A DNA stretch of 51,953 bases from an uncultured Solibacteraceae bacterium (lineage in GTDB: Bacteria; Acidobacteriota; Terriglobia; Bryobacterales; Bryobacteraceae), in assembly GCA_964632345.1 (NCBI GenBank), contig CAZWDD010000002.1, forward strand, positions 4,827-56,779, in the 5' to 3' direction. A program made the translations under genes and the position numbers. Under the pieces are notes generated by a model. That model was not told the DNA's origin and made no database searches. It saw only the letters and a program-made list of their open reading frames with translations. This document shows positions 51,289 to 51,953 of this stretch, in pieces (positions within the stretch are counted from its first letter, which is position 1; each line of letters opens with the position of its first letter).

Positions 51289-51953
51289 ATGACCCGCCGC
51301 CAGCTCCTCCACGCCGCGCCCTTCCTGCTCACCACCGCCAAGGGCCAGCCCCGGACGCCCATCACCGGCCAGGGCGAACATACCTATGAGGTCCATCATG
51401 ACTTTCTCCAGCTCCCGGAGAAGCTGAAATTCGGCAACACCCACGGCATCGTCGTCGACGCGCAGGGCCGCATCATCGTCGCCCACACGGTCCACGCGAC
51501 CAGCGAGTCGCCCGACGCCATCGCCATCTTCGACCCCGCCGGCCGCTTCATCAAGTCCTGGGGCGCCGACCTCCGCGGCGGCGCCCACGGCCTCGTCATC
51601 CGCAAGGAGGGCGCGCAGGAGTTCCTCTACATCTGCGATAACGTCAAGGGCTTCGTCCGCAAAACCACGCTCGACGGCGAAGTGGTCTGGGTCCTCCACG
51701 CGCCCATGATGTCCGGCCTGTACAACAAGGCCTCCGAGTATAAACCCTCCACCCTCGCCGTCGCGCCCAACGGAGATCTCTACATCGCCGACGGCTACGG
51801 CAAGTTCTTCATCCACCACTACGACGCCAACACCAACTACATCCGCACCTTCGGCGGCTCCCGCGCGCTGATGGACCGCGACCCGAAGGTGGAAACCGGG
51901 CCCGGCAGCACCATCTGGCCCCACGCCGCCGCCATCGATACCCGCAACGGCGC
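51289..51953 (+). CDS. NHL-repeat / six-bladed beta-propeller protein, TAT signal, N-terminal 221 codons only (runs off right edge)
   Basis: Not in the ORF track because there is no stop in the window. Manual translation gives MTRRQLLHAAPFLLTTAKGQPRTPITGQGEHTYEVHHDF...GIVVDAQGRIIVAH...LAVAPNGDLYIADGYG..., open to the window end with strong C-ending codon bias. Track ORF 51097..51924(-) is its G/V/A/D-rich antisense artefact. Confidence 0.7.
   Translation, partial: MTRRQLLHAAPFLLTTAKGQPRTPITGQGEHTYEVHHDFLQLPEKLKFGNTHGIVVDAQGRIIVAHTVHATSESPDAIAIFDPAGRFIKSWGADLRGGAHGLVIRKEGAQEFLYICDNVKGFVRKTTLDGEVVWVLHAPMMSGLYNKASEYKPSTLAVAPNGDLYIADGYGKFFIHHYDANTNYIRTFGGSRALMDRDPKVETGPGSTIWPHAAAIDTRNG

Noticed and set aside
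1-51953. A search by eye for tRNA/rRNA genes, CRISPR repeat-spacer arrays, IS elements or transposases, integrases, prophage genes, toxin-antitoxin pairs and known defence-system genes.
   Set aside because: No T-arm (GGTTCGA-type) contexts or rRNA-like stretches were seen. No regularly spaced direct repeats were seen. No ORF shows transposase, integrase, phage or defence motifs. A computational scan (tRNAscan-SE, CRISPR finders, ISfinder, DefenseFinder) would be decisive.

Overview
This is a 51,953-bp, high-GC, densely coding bacterial chromosomal segment. I call 41 CDS, two of which run off the window edges and are therefore missing from the supplied ORF track. I saw no rRNA, tRNA, CRISPR array, transposase, integrase or transcription-factor gene. 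The gene content suggests an Acidobacteriota genome of the Solibacter/Bryobacter type (inference only). The supporting content is a CarboxypepD_reg-type TonB receptor + TPR + FG-GAP/ASPIC triad, DUF1549/DUF1553+DUF1501 and DUF1592-family+DUF1552 pairs, an arylsulfatase, and several TAT-signal Gfo/Idh/MocA oxidoreductases. Most long ORFs in the track are off-frame or antisense artefacts of high GC, with R/P-rich or G/A/E/V-rich translations. Several real genes needed their N-termini trimmed. Points worth a second look: (1) A two-gene cell-wall module at 46.5-50.2 kb with no signal peptides. It has an OmpA-like fold split by a peptidoglycan-binding insert, and a 752-aa protein whose VanX/VanY-type (M15/LAS) zinc-peptidase motifs lie about 290 residues apart. 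It is packed directly behind a molybdenum-hydroxylase L-S-M operon. (2) A six-gene translationally coupled operon at 20.0-29.2 kb that joins both Planctomycete-type DUF pairs to an enolase-superfamily enzyme and an HpcH aldolase. (3) An orientation-independent synonymous-site G/C asymmetry that changes sign between about 34 and 41 kb, with the polarity expected at a replication terminus. (4) A recurrent TAnnnT hexamer 6-8 nt upstream of at least nine start codons, a geometry expected for leaderless mRNA. (5) A shared palindromic motif, T(C/T)GCGT-N5-ACGCGA followed by TAnnnT, in two divergent promoter regions 11 kb apart. (6) A 410-nt noncoding island with hairpins and a terminator-like element, possibly an sRNA or leader. 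(7) A cluster of CCGTCC/GGACGG repeats at 51.1-51.3 kb. All functional calls rest on motif and family resemblance read by eye. No database search was run.
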